From positions 2,528,001-2,592,000 of the forward strand of contig CBDAON010000004.1 of NCBI GenBank assembly GCA_965198065.1: 64,000 nt of DNA, written 5' to 3'. Source of the stretch: Longimicrobiales bacterium (lineage in GTDB: Bacteria > Gemmatimonadota > Gemmatimonadetes > Longimicrobiales > Gaopeijiaceae). Each line of letters starts with the position of its first letter. Within the stretch, counting starts at the first letter, position 1. The position numbers were made by a program, and so were the translations under genes. A model generated the notes under the pieces. The model was not told the DNA's origin. It saw only the letters and a program-made list of their open reading frames with translations, and did no database searches. This document shows positions 9,754 through 18,825 of the stretch, piece after piece.

Positions 9754-10754
9754 CTATGTGGATCGAATTGCCCGGCGTCGTCGCAGGCGCCTGGTTTCCG
9801 TTCTTGATGGACGTGGCTCTCAAGAGCGCTGTGGTTCTCCTTGTGGCCTTCGCCGTGACGCCGGCTCTTCGGAAAACCTCGGCCTCGGTGCGCCACCACA
9901 TATGGACCCTGGCGTTCGTGGCCGTCCTGGCGCTTCCGGTGCTGGCTGCGACACTGCCGTCGTGGCAAGTACCTGTCGCCGCATGGACTGCGTCTCGGAG
10001 TGTGATCGCGACGGAAACGCTGCGGACGGCTGCTGCGCCCCCTGCGAACGTCCCATTTTCGACGGCAACCGGGAGCCTGCCCGGTGCCGCCACCTTGGAC
10101 GAGATCCCTCCGCTGGGAGACCAAGCTTCGGAGGCGACCGGTGTGACCGCAGCGAGATCTTCGGACGTCGCCGACGTTCTGGGCACGCCCTTCGGGTCCA
10201 TCTGGGAATTCGTGCTGTTCGTATGGATCGTGGGAGCGTTCCTCCTCCTGGGGCGCCTCATGATCGGGGTGGTGTCCGCCTGGTGGACGAGCCGTGTGGC
10301 AGTGCCTATCGAAGATCCGGGGTGGCTTGAGATAATCGCCCAGCTGAAGACGAGGCTCGGCATCGGTGGGAAGATTCGAGTGCTCCGGAGCTCATGGGTG
10401 AGCACCCCGATGGTCTGGGGCATCCTGCAGCCGGCTCTCCTCCTCCCAGACGAGGCACTCAAGTGGTCGGTCGACCGTCGGCGCGCCGTGGTACTCCACG
10501 AGCTTGCGCACGTGAAGCGTCGGGACTGTTTGGTGAACGTCGTCGCACTGGCGACTCGGGCGCTCCATTGGATGAACCCCCTTGCCTGGATCGGCGCGAA
10601 GCGGATTCGGGCCGAGCGCGAGCGCGCCTGTGACGACATGGTCCTCCGGGCCGGCACGGTAAGCGCGGACTACGCCGCGTTTCTCCTCGACGTGGCTCGC
10701 CACGGGGGAGACCGTCGTCTCGGGTGGGCGGCGGGACAACACACGTTCGCCTGA
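9750..10754 (+). CDS. M56-family (BlaR1/MecR1-like) membrane metallopeptidase, probably C-terminally truncated
   Basis: TM helices, ASVRHHIW, TPMVWG...P.LLLP, HELAHVKRRD, WMNPLAW, ERERACDD; ends abruptly after YAAFLL with no sensor domain. Confidence 0.85.
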   Translation: MTMWIELPGVVAGAWFPFLMDVALKSAVVLLVAFAVTPALRKTSASVRHHIWTLAFVAVLALPVLAATLPSWQVPVAAWTASRSVIATETLRTAAAPPANVPFSTATGSLPGAATLDEIPPLGDQASEATGVTAARSSDVADVLGTPFGSIWEFVLFVWIVGAFLLLGRLMIGVVSAWWTSRVAVPIEDPGWLEIIAQLKTRLGIGGKIRVLRSSWVSTPMVWGILQPALLLPDEALKWSVDRRRAVVLHELAHVKRRDCLVNVVALATRALHWMNPLAWIGAKRIRAERERACDDMVLRAGTVSADYAAFLLDVARHGGDRRLGWAAGQHTFA

Positions 10755-11086
10755 CTCCGGAGGCCGCTTCCGTCGCCAACGGACTGGCGGGGGATTCGAT
10801 CCTCGTACTTGCCGGGCTGGGACCGCTCAACAGGTCGCAAGTCGTCACGCTGGCGTGTCATCTGCTCTCGCTGGTGGCCAACGACTTGGCGGAGACGGGT
10901 GAGGACGGAGACCCCCGCATGGTCACCGACGTGGTGCCTGTCGGGGTGCTGGACCTGCTCTACAACCGTTGGCTCGCGCATCAAGACGCCAGAGACACCG
11001 GAGACGCGAACCGCGTGCGGCTCGGCAAGCTGAACGAGGCAATGAAGCACATCGCACAGGTGTCCACCGGGGCGCTGAGCGAATAG
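10724..11086 (+). pseudogene. Hypothetical protein, probably a 3' fragment
   Basis: Protein-like helical sequence starting at the M56 breakpoint; no family recognised. Confidence 0.35.
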
Positions 11087-11238
11087 GACGGAGGGGATAG
11101 CCAGTCGTCCAGTTGCGCGAGCGCTGGAGCGGATTCGGAGGCCCCGCGCTCCGACGGTCGGTTCGGCATCAGCGCTGCGCTCCCGACGCCGCCGACCTGT
11201 CGGACTCGACGCGTGCGCGCCCCCTTTGGCAAGGGCTC

Positions 11239-11565
11239 TCAGGCCACGACACGGTGGATTCGGCGCCCGGGATCGCCCGAGAGGACAACGATCACTTCCG
11301 CGACAAGCGGTCTCAACTCCTGCAATCGGGTGCGAGCCGCGATCATGATGACGACGGGGATCGGAAGATCCCGGACGTTCTGCTGATACGCGAAACCTTG
11401 GTCCACCGTGACGAGGACATCGAACCCGTGGTCCGCCGCGAGGCGCAGTAACTCTCCGTTCGTGCACCCCGCCCAGCCCATCTGCTGCACGGTGCGCGTT
11501 CCAAACGACTCGGGAAACGCCGACGCGAGCCGCCTTGGAACGGATTCGTCCAGCAACACCCTCAC
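11239..11565 (-). CDS. DUF5615-type PIN-like toxin
   Basis: VRVLLDESVP...TVQQMGWAG..NGELL.LA...FDVLVTVDQ; GTG start overlaps the antitoxin stop (GTGA). Confidence 0.85.
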   Translation of the reverse strand: MRVLLDESVPRRLASAFPESFGTRTVQQMGWAGCTNGELLRLAADHGFDVLVTVDQGFAYQQNVRDLPIPVVIMIAARTRLQELRPLVAEVIVVLSGDPGRRIHRVVA

Positions 11566-11774
11566 CGGGCATCGCCCACAAGTTGCGCCGTCATCCGTTC
11601 GAGCAGCCCGACGGCCTGCTCCCTCGTTACCGTGGGGTAGTCGTCCAGAAAGTCGTCGAGCCGGTCGCCGGCCTCGAGGTGCTCCATCAGGATCCGCACG
11701 GGAACCCTGGTCCCCGAGAACACGGGAGTTCCGCCCAAGATGTCGGGGTTCCTGTCGATGATCTTTTCGGTCAT
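11562..11774 (-). CDS. DUF433-family antitoxin
   Basis: IDRNPDILGGTPVFSGTRVPV..L..HLEAG....DFLDDYPTVTREQ; ATG overlaps the RM gene stop (ATGA). Confidence 0.9.
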   Translation of the reverse strand: MTEKIIDRNPDILGGTPVFSGTRVPVRILMEHLEAGDRLDDFLDDYPTVTREQAVGLLERMTAQLVGDAR

Positions 11775-14700
11775 TGCGGCCTCCTCTCGGGTCCGTCGGA
11801 TGACGCCAGCAGTAGCGCGCCAATTCGCCGTGCGGTGTCGGTGAAGTGCTGAACTTCCTCGGCACGAAGTTTCCTGCTCAGTACCCTGTGCTCCCGGTAT
11901 GACAACCACTTCTTGAGGATCTGGTAGCCACCGAGCCTGTAGTCCCAGACCGCGGAGGGGATGTTGCGCCAGAATGCCTCCCCGTTCAGGTAGACATCGA
12001 AGGTCTTGTCGCCGAGAACCGGCAACGCGTCCAACATGGCCGTAATTTCCTCCGGTGTGTAGGCTCGTTCCTCGGCGCGGCCTCGGCCGGGCATCACAGC
12101 GTCGCCCGACCCGTAGTGCCCCCAGCCGACGGTGACGACGAAATCGGCGCCCGCCATGTTGCGTCCCCCGACGGTACACGGAACAGCGATAGCGGCGGCG
12201 GCGGGACGCAGCGGGGTTCGAGTGACGCCGGGCACCGGCGTTTCTGGATCGAGTAGAGCGGCTAGCTCGCACCCATGTGTCGCCGACCGGGCGAGCGCCT
12301 CAGCTGCTCCTTCAGCCTCGCCGTCTGGCCAGCCGGGCAGCGGGAGGCGCGGCCATCCCATCCGGAGTGCTCCGGCATTGGCCTCCCGGTAAGCCGGATC
12401 GTGGAGAACGGCGAGAACATGGTGGAATAGATCCTCGACACCGACGCCGAGACGATCGAGATAGCGTTGCACCATCACGGAGAGATTTGCCCGGCGTGGT
12501 CCCTCAACATCGGTTCCGACGCCATCATTGCGGAGCCAAGCAGGAAAGAAGTGTGACCTTCCGTTTCCGAAGTCACCAGCAAGATAACTGACTAAGGTTC
12601 CACGGGAAAAATCTTCCTTTGCGTCGCGTGTACGGGCTTCGATCCACATGTTTCCTTCGAACACATGCGGCCTGTAGTCGGCCCTCTTCTCGTCAAGCAG
12701 CTTCGTGTCGCTTTCCCAATAGAGCCAGCGGTTGTCGAATGGTCGGTACGCGAAGCGGATGAATCCAGATTCATCCGGACCACCGCGTTTCAACAACGCG
12801 TCGCGAACCGCGCGGGCGTGGAACCGTGCCGTGGTCTTCATGGCACCCGGATAACGCCGCGTGATTTCCTCGTGGCTCAGGTTCGAGTCGAAGTAATCCG
12901 CGACGCGTGTCCGCAGCCGGTCGAGATCGACATCAACGAGGAACTTGTCGCGGCTGGTCGTGACGCCGGGGAACGACGCCGGGAACAGATCGGGCAACGC
13001 GGGCCAGTCGAACCAGTCGGGGCTCACCGCAGTTGGCTTGAATGGCAGGCCCAGCCGAAGATTCGGCTCAAGTGTTGAGTAGCCGGCATCGACGGAGTCC
13101 GCAACGAGGCTGTCCAATAGTGCTTGCCGTCTCTCATCAGCCTTGGCTTGGTGGAAGTCACGGTACCAAACTTGGCCGCGCGGCGGCCTGCCGTTGCTGG
13201 TTCCAGACTTGGAAGCAAGGGTGATGCTGGTTCCAACCTTGATGCCCGGCGACTTTCCTTGGACCGCAAAGGCCGTTTCACTGGTCCTTCCATCTGGAGC
13301 GTACTCCGATATGATGCGGTCTCCATGTAGGTTGTCGATCCGGATCGCGTCGAACGCTTCGAGGTAGCGCTCCCGCATCCCGGTGAAGGACAACCCGTCG
13401 AGCCAGGAATAGTTGGAGATGAAGCAGACCACGCCCTGGCCGGTCTTCTCCGCGATGCGCCGCTCCGCCATGCGGAAGAAGCGGACATAGAGATCGTTCA
13501 GGCCCTGGCCTTCAGGCCGGCGCACGCGCCTGGTCGTGCGATAGGCTTCCGAGAGCTCGCGTTCCTCGTCCACCGCCATGCCCGCGAAGCCGTTGTAGGG
13601 CGGGTTCCCCAGGATCACCAGAATCGGTGTCTCCTGCTTCACCCGATCCGCCCGGTCGCGTTCCTCTTCAAGCTCCGGGAAGGGAAGCGGCTTGTTCATG
13701 TGCGCCTCCCATCCGGTCAGCGCGTTGGTGAGGAATACTCCCGCGCGCTCGGTTCCGTCGTCCGCCAGCGTCGCGTCGAGGTTCTGCATGGTCAGGCCGA
13801 CCTGCAAATGCGCCACGACGAACGGCGCGGGCATGATCTCGAATCCGAACACCCGCTCGGTTGCCGCCTTCCTCACCGCCACGCCCGCGAGCGCACCGCG
13901 TCCTTGTCCTTGGAGATTGAGAGCGATGCGTCGGAGCACTTCCGCCAGATAGGCCCCCGTGCCGCAGCACGGGTCCAGCACATAGACGTTCTCCGCCGCG
14001 AGTCCGTCGGAAATGCCGAGATCGTCCTTCAGCGCCTTGTCCACACGGGCCACCATATAGCGGACCACTTCCGTCGGCGTGTACCAGACGCCCAACTGCT
14101 TGCGGAGGGCGGGGTCGAAGGCTTCGAGGAACGGCTCGTAGAAATACGGCACCGCCTCGCCCTCGTTGAACCGCGAGAAGAACTCGGCCCGGTCCACGCG
14201 GTCGAGTGCCGCAGCCGTCCAGTCCAGCACCTCGACCAGGCCGAGCGACTGCAAACGTCCCGGGTCGGACAACTGATGAAACAAAGCTCGCAGCACGGGC
14301 GCACGCAGGTACCAGCCCGCGTCGTGCCACCGGAACCGCGCCGGATTGTAGCCGCCCTCGAACAGCGGGCCATCGCTGTTCCTCGTCTGCCGTGACCACA
14401 GCACCCACGCGGAGAAGACGCCGTAGAACAACGTTTGAATGAGCGTCGAACGGAAAAGGCGTTCCCCGCGCCTGCCCTCGAACCGAATCCCGAGTGCTTC
14501 TTCCAGCGCCGACCGGACCGTAAGGAGCGATGGCGCGTTCCCCGCCGCCTCGACACGGGCCAAGCCGTCGCGTGCGTAGGAAGCGAGCAGCCACGCCAAG
14601 TCCTTCGGCTCGGCCAGAGCGGCCCGGTGCGAGAGCGCCCGGGCCAGATACTCGCCGAGGCCCGCGCCGACCTGCCCGGCGAAGGCGCGGGGCCTCTTCA

Positions 14701-15175
14701 CCTTGCGCCAGAAGTCGTCCGCATCCTCGGCCAAGTGGAAGGCTTCGAGTCTAGCGGGGCCGCCCACGCCGTCCGCGCCCACCAAGACGAAGTCCCGTAA
14801 ATTCGTCACCATAACCAGACGGTAACGGTCCCAATAGCGGCTCACCTGATCGGATTTCGCCGTCAACCAAGCATCGTCACCAACGCCCTTGACCTCGACG
14901 ACGCCACGCTCGGGAACCTGCCCCGGCCTCGGACGGCCCTTCTGAACCTGCCTCGCCGTGTACAGGGCAAAGTCGGGATGGCCGGCCCCCTGATCCGCCA
15001 GTTCCAGCACGCAGAACACCTTGGGCTTGAGCGTGGATCCGACCGCGCGCAACAAGCCCTCCAGCGCCGGATAGTACGAGCGCTCTCCCGTCGCGCCGCC
15101 CGATGCGCGCACGCGCCGGAGATCGGCGAAATACGCCTCCACCGCAGCGAGCAGCTTCTTGTTCGATCCGGCCAT
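11771..15175 (-). CDS. Single-polypeptide restriction-modification enzyme (PD-(D/E)XK nuclease, N6-adenine MTase, type ISP-like C-terminal specificity region; no helicase)
   Basis: N-terminal HPDF...VEVK, YFYEPFL..FDP..RKQLGVWYTP, motif I VLDPCCGTG, motif IV GNPPY, C-terminal YRPFD and VWDYRLGGYQILKKWLSYRE; start MAGSNKK at 15175. Confidence 0.88.
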   Translation of the reverse strand: MAGSNKKLLAAVEAYFADLRRVRASGGATGERSYYPALEGLLRAVGSTLKPKVFCVLELADQGAGHPDFALYTARQVQKGRPRPGQVPERGVVEVKGVGDDAWLTAKSDQVSRYWDRYRLVMVTNLRDFVLVGADGVGGPARLEAFHLAEDADDFWRKVKRPRAFAGQVGAGLGEYLARALSHRAALAEPKDLAWLLASYARDGLARVEAAGNAPSLLTVRSALEEALGIRFEGRRGERLFRSTLIQTLFYGVFSAWVLWSRQTRNSDGPLFEGGYNPARFRWHDAGWYLRAPVLRALFHQLSDPGRLQSLGLVEVLDWTAAALDRVDRAEFFSRFNEGEAVPYFYEPFLEAFDPALRKQLGVWYTPTEVVRYMVARVDKALKDDLGISDGLAAENVYVLDPCCGTGAYLAEVLRRIALNLQGQGRGALAGVAVRKAATERVFGFEIMPAPFVVAHLQVGLTMQNLDATLADDGTERAGVFLTNALTGWEAHMNKPLPFPELEEERDRADRVKQETPILVILGNPPYNGFAGMAVDEERELSEAYRTTRRVRRPEGQGLNDLYVRFFRMAERRIAEKTGQGVVCFISNYSWLDGLSFTGMRERYLEAFDAIRIDNLHGDRIISEYAPDGRTSETAFAVQGKSPGIKVGTSITLASKSGTSNGRPPRGQVWYRDFHQAKADERRQALLDSLVADSVDAGYSTLEPNLRLGLPFKPTAVSPDWFDWPALPDLFPASFPGVTTSRDKFLVDVDLDRLRTRVADYFDSNLSHEEITRRYPGAMKTTARFHARAVRDALLKRGGPDESGFIRFAYRPFDNRWLYWESDTKLLDEKRADYRPHVFEGNMWIEARTRDAKEDFSRGTLVSYLAGDFGNGRSHFFPAWLRNDGVGTDVEGPRRANLSVMVQRYLDRLGVGVEDLFHHVLAVLHDPAYREANAGALRMGWPRLPLPGWPDGEAEGAAEALARSATHGCELAALLDPETPVPGVTRTPLRPAAAAIAVPCTVGGRNMAGADFVVTVGWGHYGSGDAVMPGRGRAEERAYTPEEITAMLDALPVLGDKTFDVYLNGEAFWRNIPSAVWDYRLGGYQILKKWLSYREHRVLSRKLRAEEVQHFTDTARRIGALLLASSDGPERRPQ

Positions 15176-15336
15176 CGTGTCTTCCCAGCGATTCGGACGA
15201 GCCTCTGCCGTGAGGCTCCCATCCGGCGATTCAAGGAAGATATCACGTCGAAACGGTTCACTGGCGGCATCGGTCTTGTCCAACACCGAGTCAGGCCGAC
15301 CGGGGCAGTGGGGAGTGAGTCCACCGGGCCGACGTA

Positions 15337-15763
15337 TGCTCGAGGGTTGGCTAGGGGAGGGAGCCCAGGAGTTGATTCAGGGCATCCTGGAGGAAGCCGA
15401 GAGCGGCACGCCACCGACACCGTGTACGTGGTGGACTACGTCTCCGGCGGCGGTACTGGCCCGACGACACCCGAGCCACCTCAGCCTCCCCAGGTCGATG
15501 GAGATTGCGCAGTTCGCGATCTGACCAAGACCGAGTTCCTGCCCGGCGAGCTGTACTGCGGGCAGCTTCACAGCCTGACAGAGGCATGGACGCACTACGC
15601 CCGGGCACCAAGGTCGACTGGAGATACAGTCGCGGATGGAATCCTGGTGTTCACTTCGTACAACCGGATCTGCGCCTACATCGGCTCGTGCCGCGCAACT
15701 GAGAGCGACGACGAGGTCCACACGTCCGGAACCTCCACCTACCAGTGGATCACGGTGCGGTAG
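15337..15763 (+). pseudogene. Frameshifted or partial hypothetical (possibly exported) protein
   Basis: Protein-like segment DTVYVVDYVSGGGTGPTTPEPPQPP...YQWITVR with Cys residues; no clean start in frame. Confidence 0.3.
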
Positions 15764-16844
15764 GTCACGTTGGCAGCACTGTTGCTCATCGGCGTGATAC
15801 GCCGTCGGGCCGGGAACCTGCGACGCACCTGCCGGCCCGACGGCGAACGCGCTCCGGTGCAAGCACCGTCACCGATTGCTCGGCGAAGAGCGCCCTATGC
15901 GAGGCAACAGGGCAGAAACTTACCGGCGGCGCGACCGTGCCCGCCCCGGTCACCACCTCCAGAAGCCAGTGCGCCTCCACGCCCTGGCCGAACTACACCA
16001 GGTCAACGGGCCCCCGGTTCCCGACGGCGGCGCCGTCCTCCGCTTCGGCCCTCCGAGTGACCCGCATGACCCGCTACGGCTCAGTAAGCCCGTAGAGCTG
16101 GCGTTCACCACCGGCCCGCCGCCAGTCATGGCCGCGCCGGGCGAGCGCGGGCGCGTCCAGATGGACAATTGGGCGGAGTATCTGGCGGGCCGGGGAGCAA
16201 GCACCGAGGCTTAACCTAATCTTCGTTGTGCCGCCGCTTCCGCGACGGGCTCAGAGGCCGTTTCCGGGCGTTCCACGGGCATTTCGGGAAAGCTACGGGC
16301 CGTCGGATCGCCGCTGACGCGCGATCGCGGGTCGCCGAGGGGTACGGGTAGGGCGGAATGCGGCCACGGCAGAGAGCACCGCCGTCACCAAGGAGCGCCT
16401 GGTCACCCGTCGCCCTCGTCCTCCGTGACGCTGGTGAACAGTAGGCCGAGGAGCTTGTCCGCGACGGACCGGGGGCTCGTGAGCGAGCCGGATGTCGTAC
16501 GCGGCCTCCAGGGCCTCCCGGCGATCCTGCACGCGCCAGAAGACCGGGGTGGGCTCCCCGCCGACCATCGTAATCGTCACCCTCATCGTCCCTCACCCTC
16601 TGTCCTCAGAGCCGCCGGCTGATGAACGACGGGACGGCCGACTTGGCCGGTGAGCGTTGCGCCCGGACCCCGGTCCCAGCCGCTAATTGCGAGCTGTCGA
16701 GGCCCGATCCGTTGGGCGGGCCAAGGCTGGCTCCTGACACCGTTAGGCGTCATGAGCCAGCCTACCCTTTGGGGCCACGCTTCGCGGGTCCCCGGCAGGG
16801 GCTGGCGAGGGTGGCTCCGCCCCCTTCGATTCCCTGGACGCCCG

Positions 16845-16913
16845 CGCTCCGGCAGGCCATGGCGCGCACGCGGCCGGCAGGTCGCGCGCATCGGCGGCAA
16901 CCTCAACCACCTC
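16845..16913 (+). pseudogene. mobC: MobC (relaxosome accessory protein) remnant
   Basis: ALRQAMARTR followed, after a frame change, by RQVARIGGNLNHL, resembling the MobC signature (L/I)xRIGxNLNQ(I/L)A. Confidence 0.55.
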
Positions 16914-17335
16914 GGGGCAGTTTCGGGCTTGGTCGAGCGCCGACGCCGACCTCACTGGGACGACTTGCCGAGCCACCTAGCTGGTGAAAAGCCGCGACCG
17001 GCGGCCGGATTCGTTGATACGCCGCGCTCGCAGCGGCGCTTGATGGCCTTCCCGCTAGGGATTGCTGGAGGGGAGCGACCCCCGGCGGAGGGTGGCATGG
17101 GTGTGCACATGCCAACCCTCCGCGATGCCGATCGAGGCATCGAATCCGGGGGGTCGCTCCCATCCACGCCGACGCTGCCCCGTGCAGCACCGGCGGCCGG
17201 GTAGCGCTGCGCGCAACCATAAGCGATCATGGTGGATAGGCGATCCAGACGCGTGCACATTTGCACAGGCGCAAAGTGTGCATTGACCTGCAAGGTCTCA
17301 TGCACATCGCCGTGTGGCATCGGGGCGTCGGCTCC

Positions 17336-17659
17336 TCACAGAAACCGCGCTGCCGCGAGCCGGACCGTCCGCCATGTGTCGGTGCGGTGCATCAGCCCCC
17401 GTCCAGCCTGTCTGCGAGCTCGCTTCTTGAGCGCCACCATTCGCCTGAGTGCGCCCTGTAGATCGCCGCACACCTCCTCGATCCACCGGTCATCCCCCTT
17501 GAGGACGGCCTGCTTGACCCGGTCGATCTCGAGGCTGATCTCCGCGTCGAACTCGGATGGGCGGGGGTCTCGCGCCCAGTTGGCGAGCACCCTCTCCGCC
17601 CGGCTCCGCTCCTGCCAGGTCCGGGCCACAGCGACGACTTCTATCCTTCCACCTGGCAC
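17336..17659 (-). CDS. Hypothetical protein
   Basis: 107-aa helical-looking ORF; no family recognised. Confidence 0.35.
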   Translation of the reverse strand: MPGGRIEVVAVARTWQERSRAERVLANWARDPRPSEFDAEISLEIDRVKQAVLKGDDRWIEEVCGDLQGALRRMVALKKRARRQAGRGLMHRTDTWRTVRLAAARFL

Positions 17660-18214
17660 TGGGGCTCGCGGCCGTTGCCGCCGCCATCTACGCCGTCGCG
17701 TGAGCCGCCGGACTCGCCGACCTGGGGCGGCGCGTCGATCTCGCCTATCTAAATATCCCGTAAATTGTTGTGGCTATTAGATCATTGGCTTGGGCGCATC
17801 TAACAGTGCCCCCAGAGTTGCCCCAAACGTGTAGCTGCATCCACCCCTAGGCGCTTTCGCCTTCCACCGCTACTCCCCCTGCTCAACAAGTAGGCCATCG
17901 GTGCGGCGCGCCATATACTTGGAATCCAGCTGCCGCCCGGAACACGCCCGCGCAGCAACGTGTCCGCCCCAACTCACGTATCTGCTGCTCCCGCACATGC
18001 ATAAGAAACAAGTCCAGGCTGCCCGACCTCCGCCCGTTCGAACCTCTTCCGAGCCCTGCCGATAGCTGATCCAGCAATAGGCTGACTACCTGGCCGGTGC
18101 AACTCACAAACTGTAGATTGCACTGCTGTGACGATGATCCGCCCCGCCTGGCTACTTCGTCCTTCCATCGGCCACCCACCACCACTAGCCATACTACTAC
18201 ATCTATATAAAAGA

Positions 18215-18280
18215 GGTGACGATGGGGGGAGACAAGGTGTTTGCGGGATTCGTGCAGACGGAAACGGAGAACGCCCGGGT
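18215..18280 (+). mobile_element. Internal fragment of a second, diverged IS256-family transposase
   Basis: Encodes VTMGGDKVFAGFVQTETENARV versus VTTKGDKVFLGFVQTDTENAVV in the element at about 27212-27277; abuts an IS3 end. Confidence 0.75.
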
Positions 18281-18538
18281 TGACCAGCCCCCAAGAGTGG
18301 TACCACCTACTGTGTTAGTCCGACCGCCTCCTGGAGCCTGGGGAGAGTCTGGGGAGGATTGAGGAAGGCCGGCTCAGGCCGGATCGCCTCCGGGGCCGGC
18401 GGCTGATAGGCCAGAGAGCTATGCGGTCGGATGGTGTTGTACTCCCGCCGCCACTGCTCGATGAGCACCTGTGCCTCCTCCAGAGAATAGAAGATCTCGC
18501 GCTTCAGCACCTCGTCGCCGAGCGTTCCGTTGAAGCTC
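18281..18538 (-). mobile_element. IS3-family right end with orfB C-terminus
   Basis: Terminus TGACCAGCCCC...GGTACCAC resembles 23547; encodes SFNGTLGDEVLKREIFYSLEEAQVLIEQWRREYNTIRPHSSL. Confidence 0.88.
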
Positions 18539-18825
18539 CGCGCGCGCGCTTCGCGCATATCGCGGGCGAGCCAGATAAATTCCCTCTACAACCTGCGCGG
18601 CTTCGACGGCTCGGTTCCCGTACCGGCTTCCTAATCGTCATTCTGTTGCAAGCAGCTAGACCCGGAACAGCAACCGCGCTTCCGAAACGATGGTGTCGTA
18701 ACGTTCACCGAACTCGGCGAACTTCTCGCGGTTCGCTACTCCCAGGACTGGCCGGACCGGGGCGGGATCTCTCGATCAAATCTCCCTGAGTTCAGGATCA
18801 CTTTCCCCAGGCAGCTCCGATCAAC

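Noticed and set aside
15770..16620. Short ORFs 15876..16214 and 16293..16586
   Set aside because: Possibly mobile-element fragments, but no recognisable motif supports a call.
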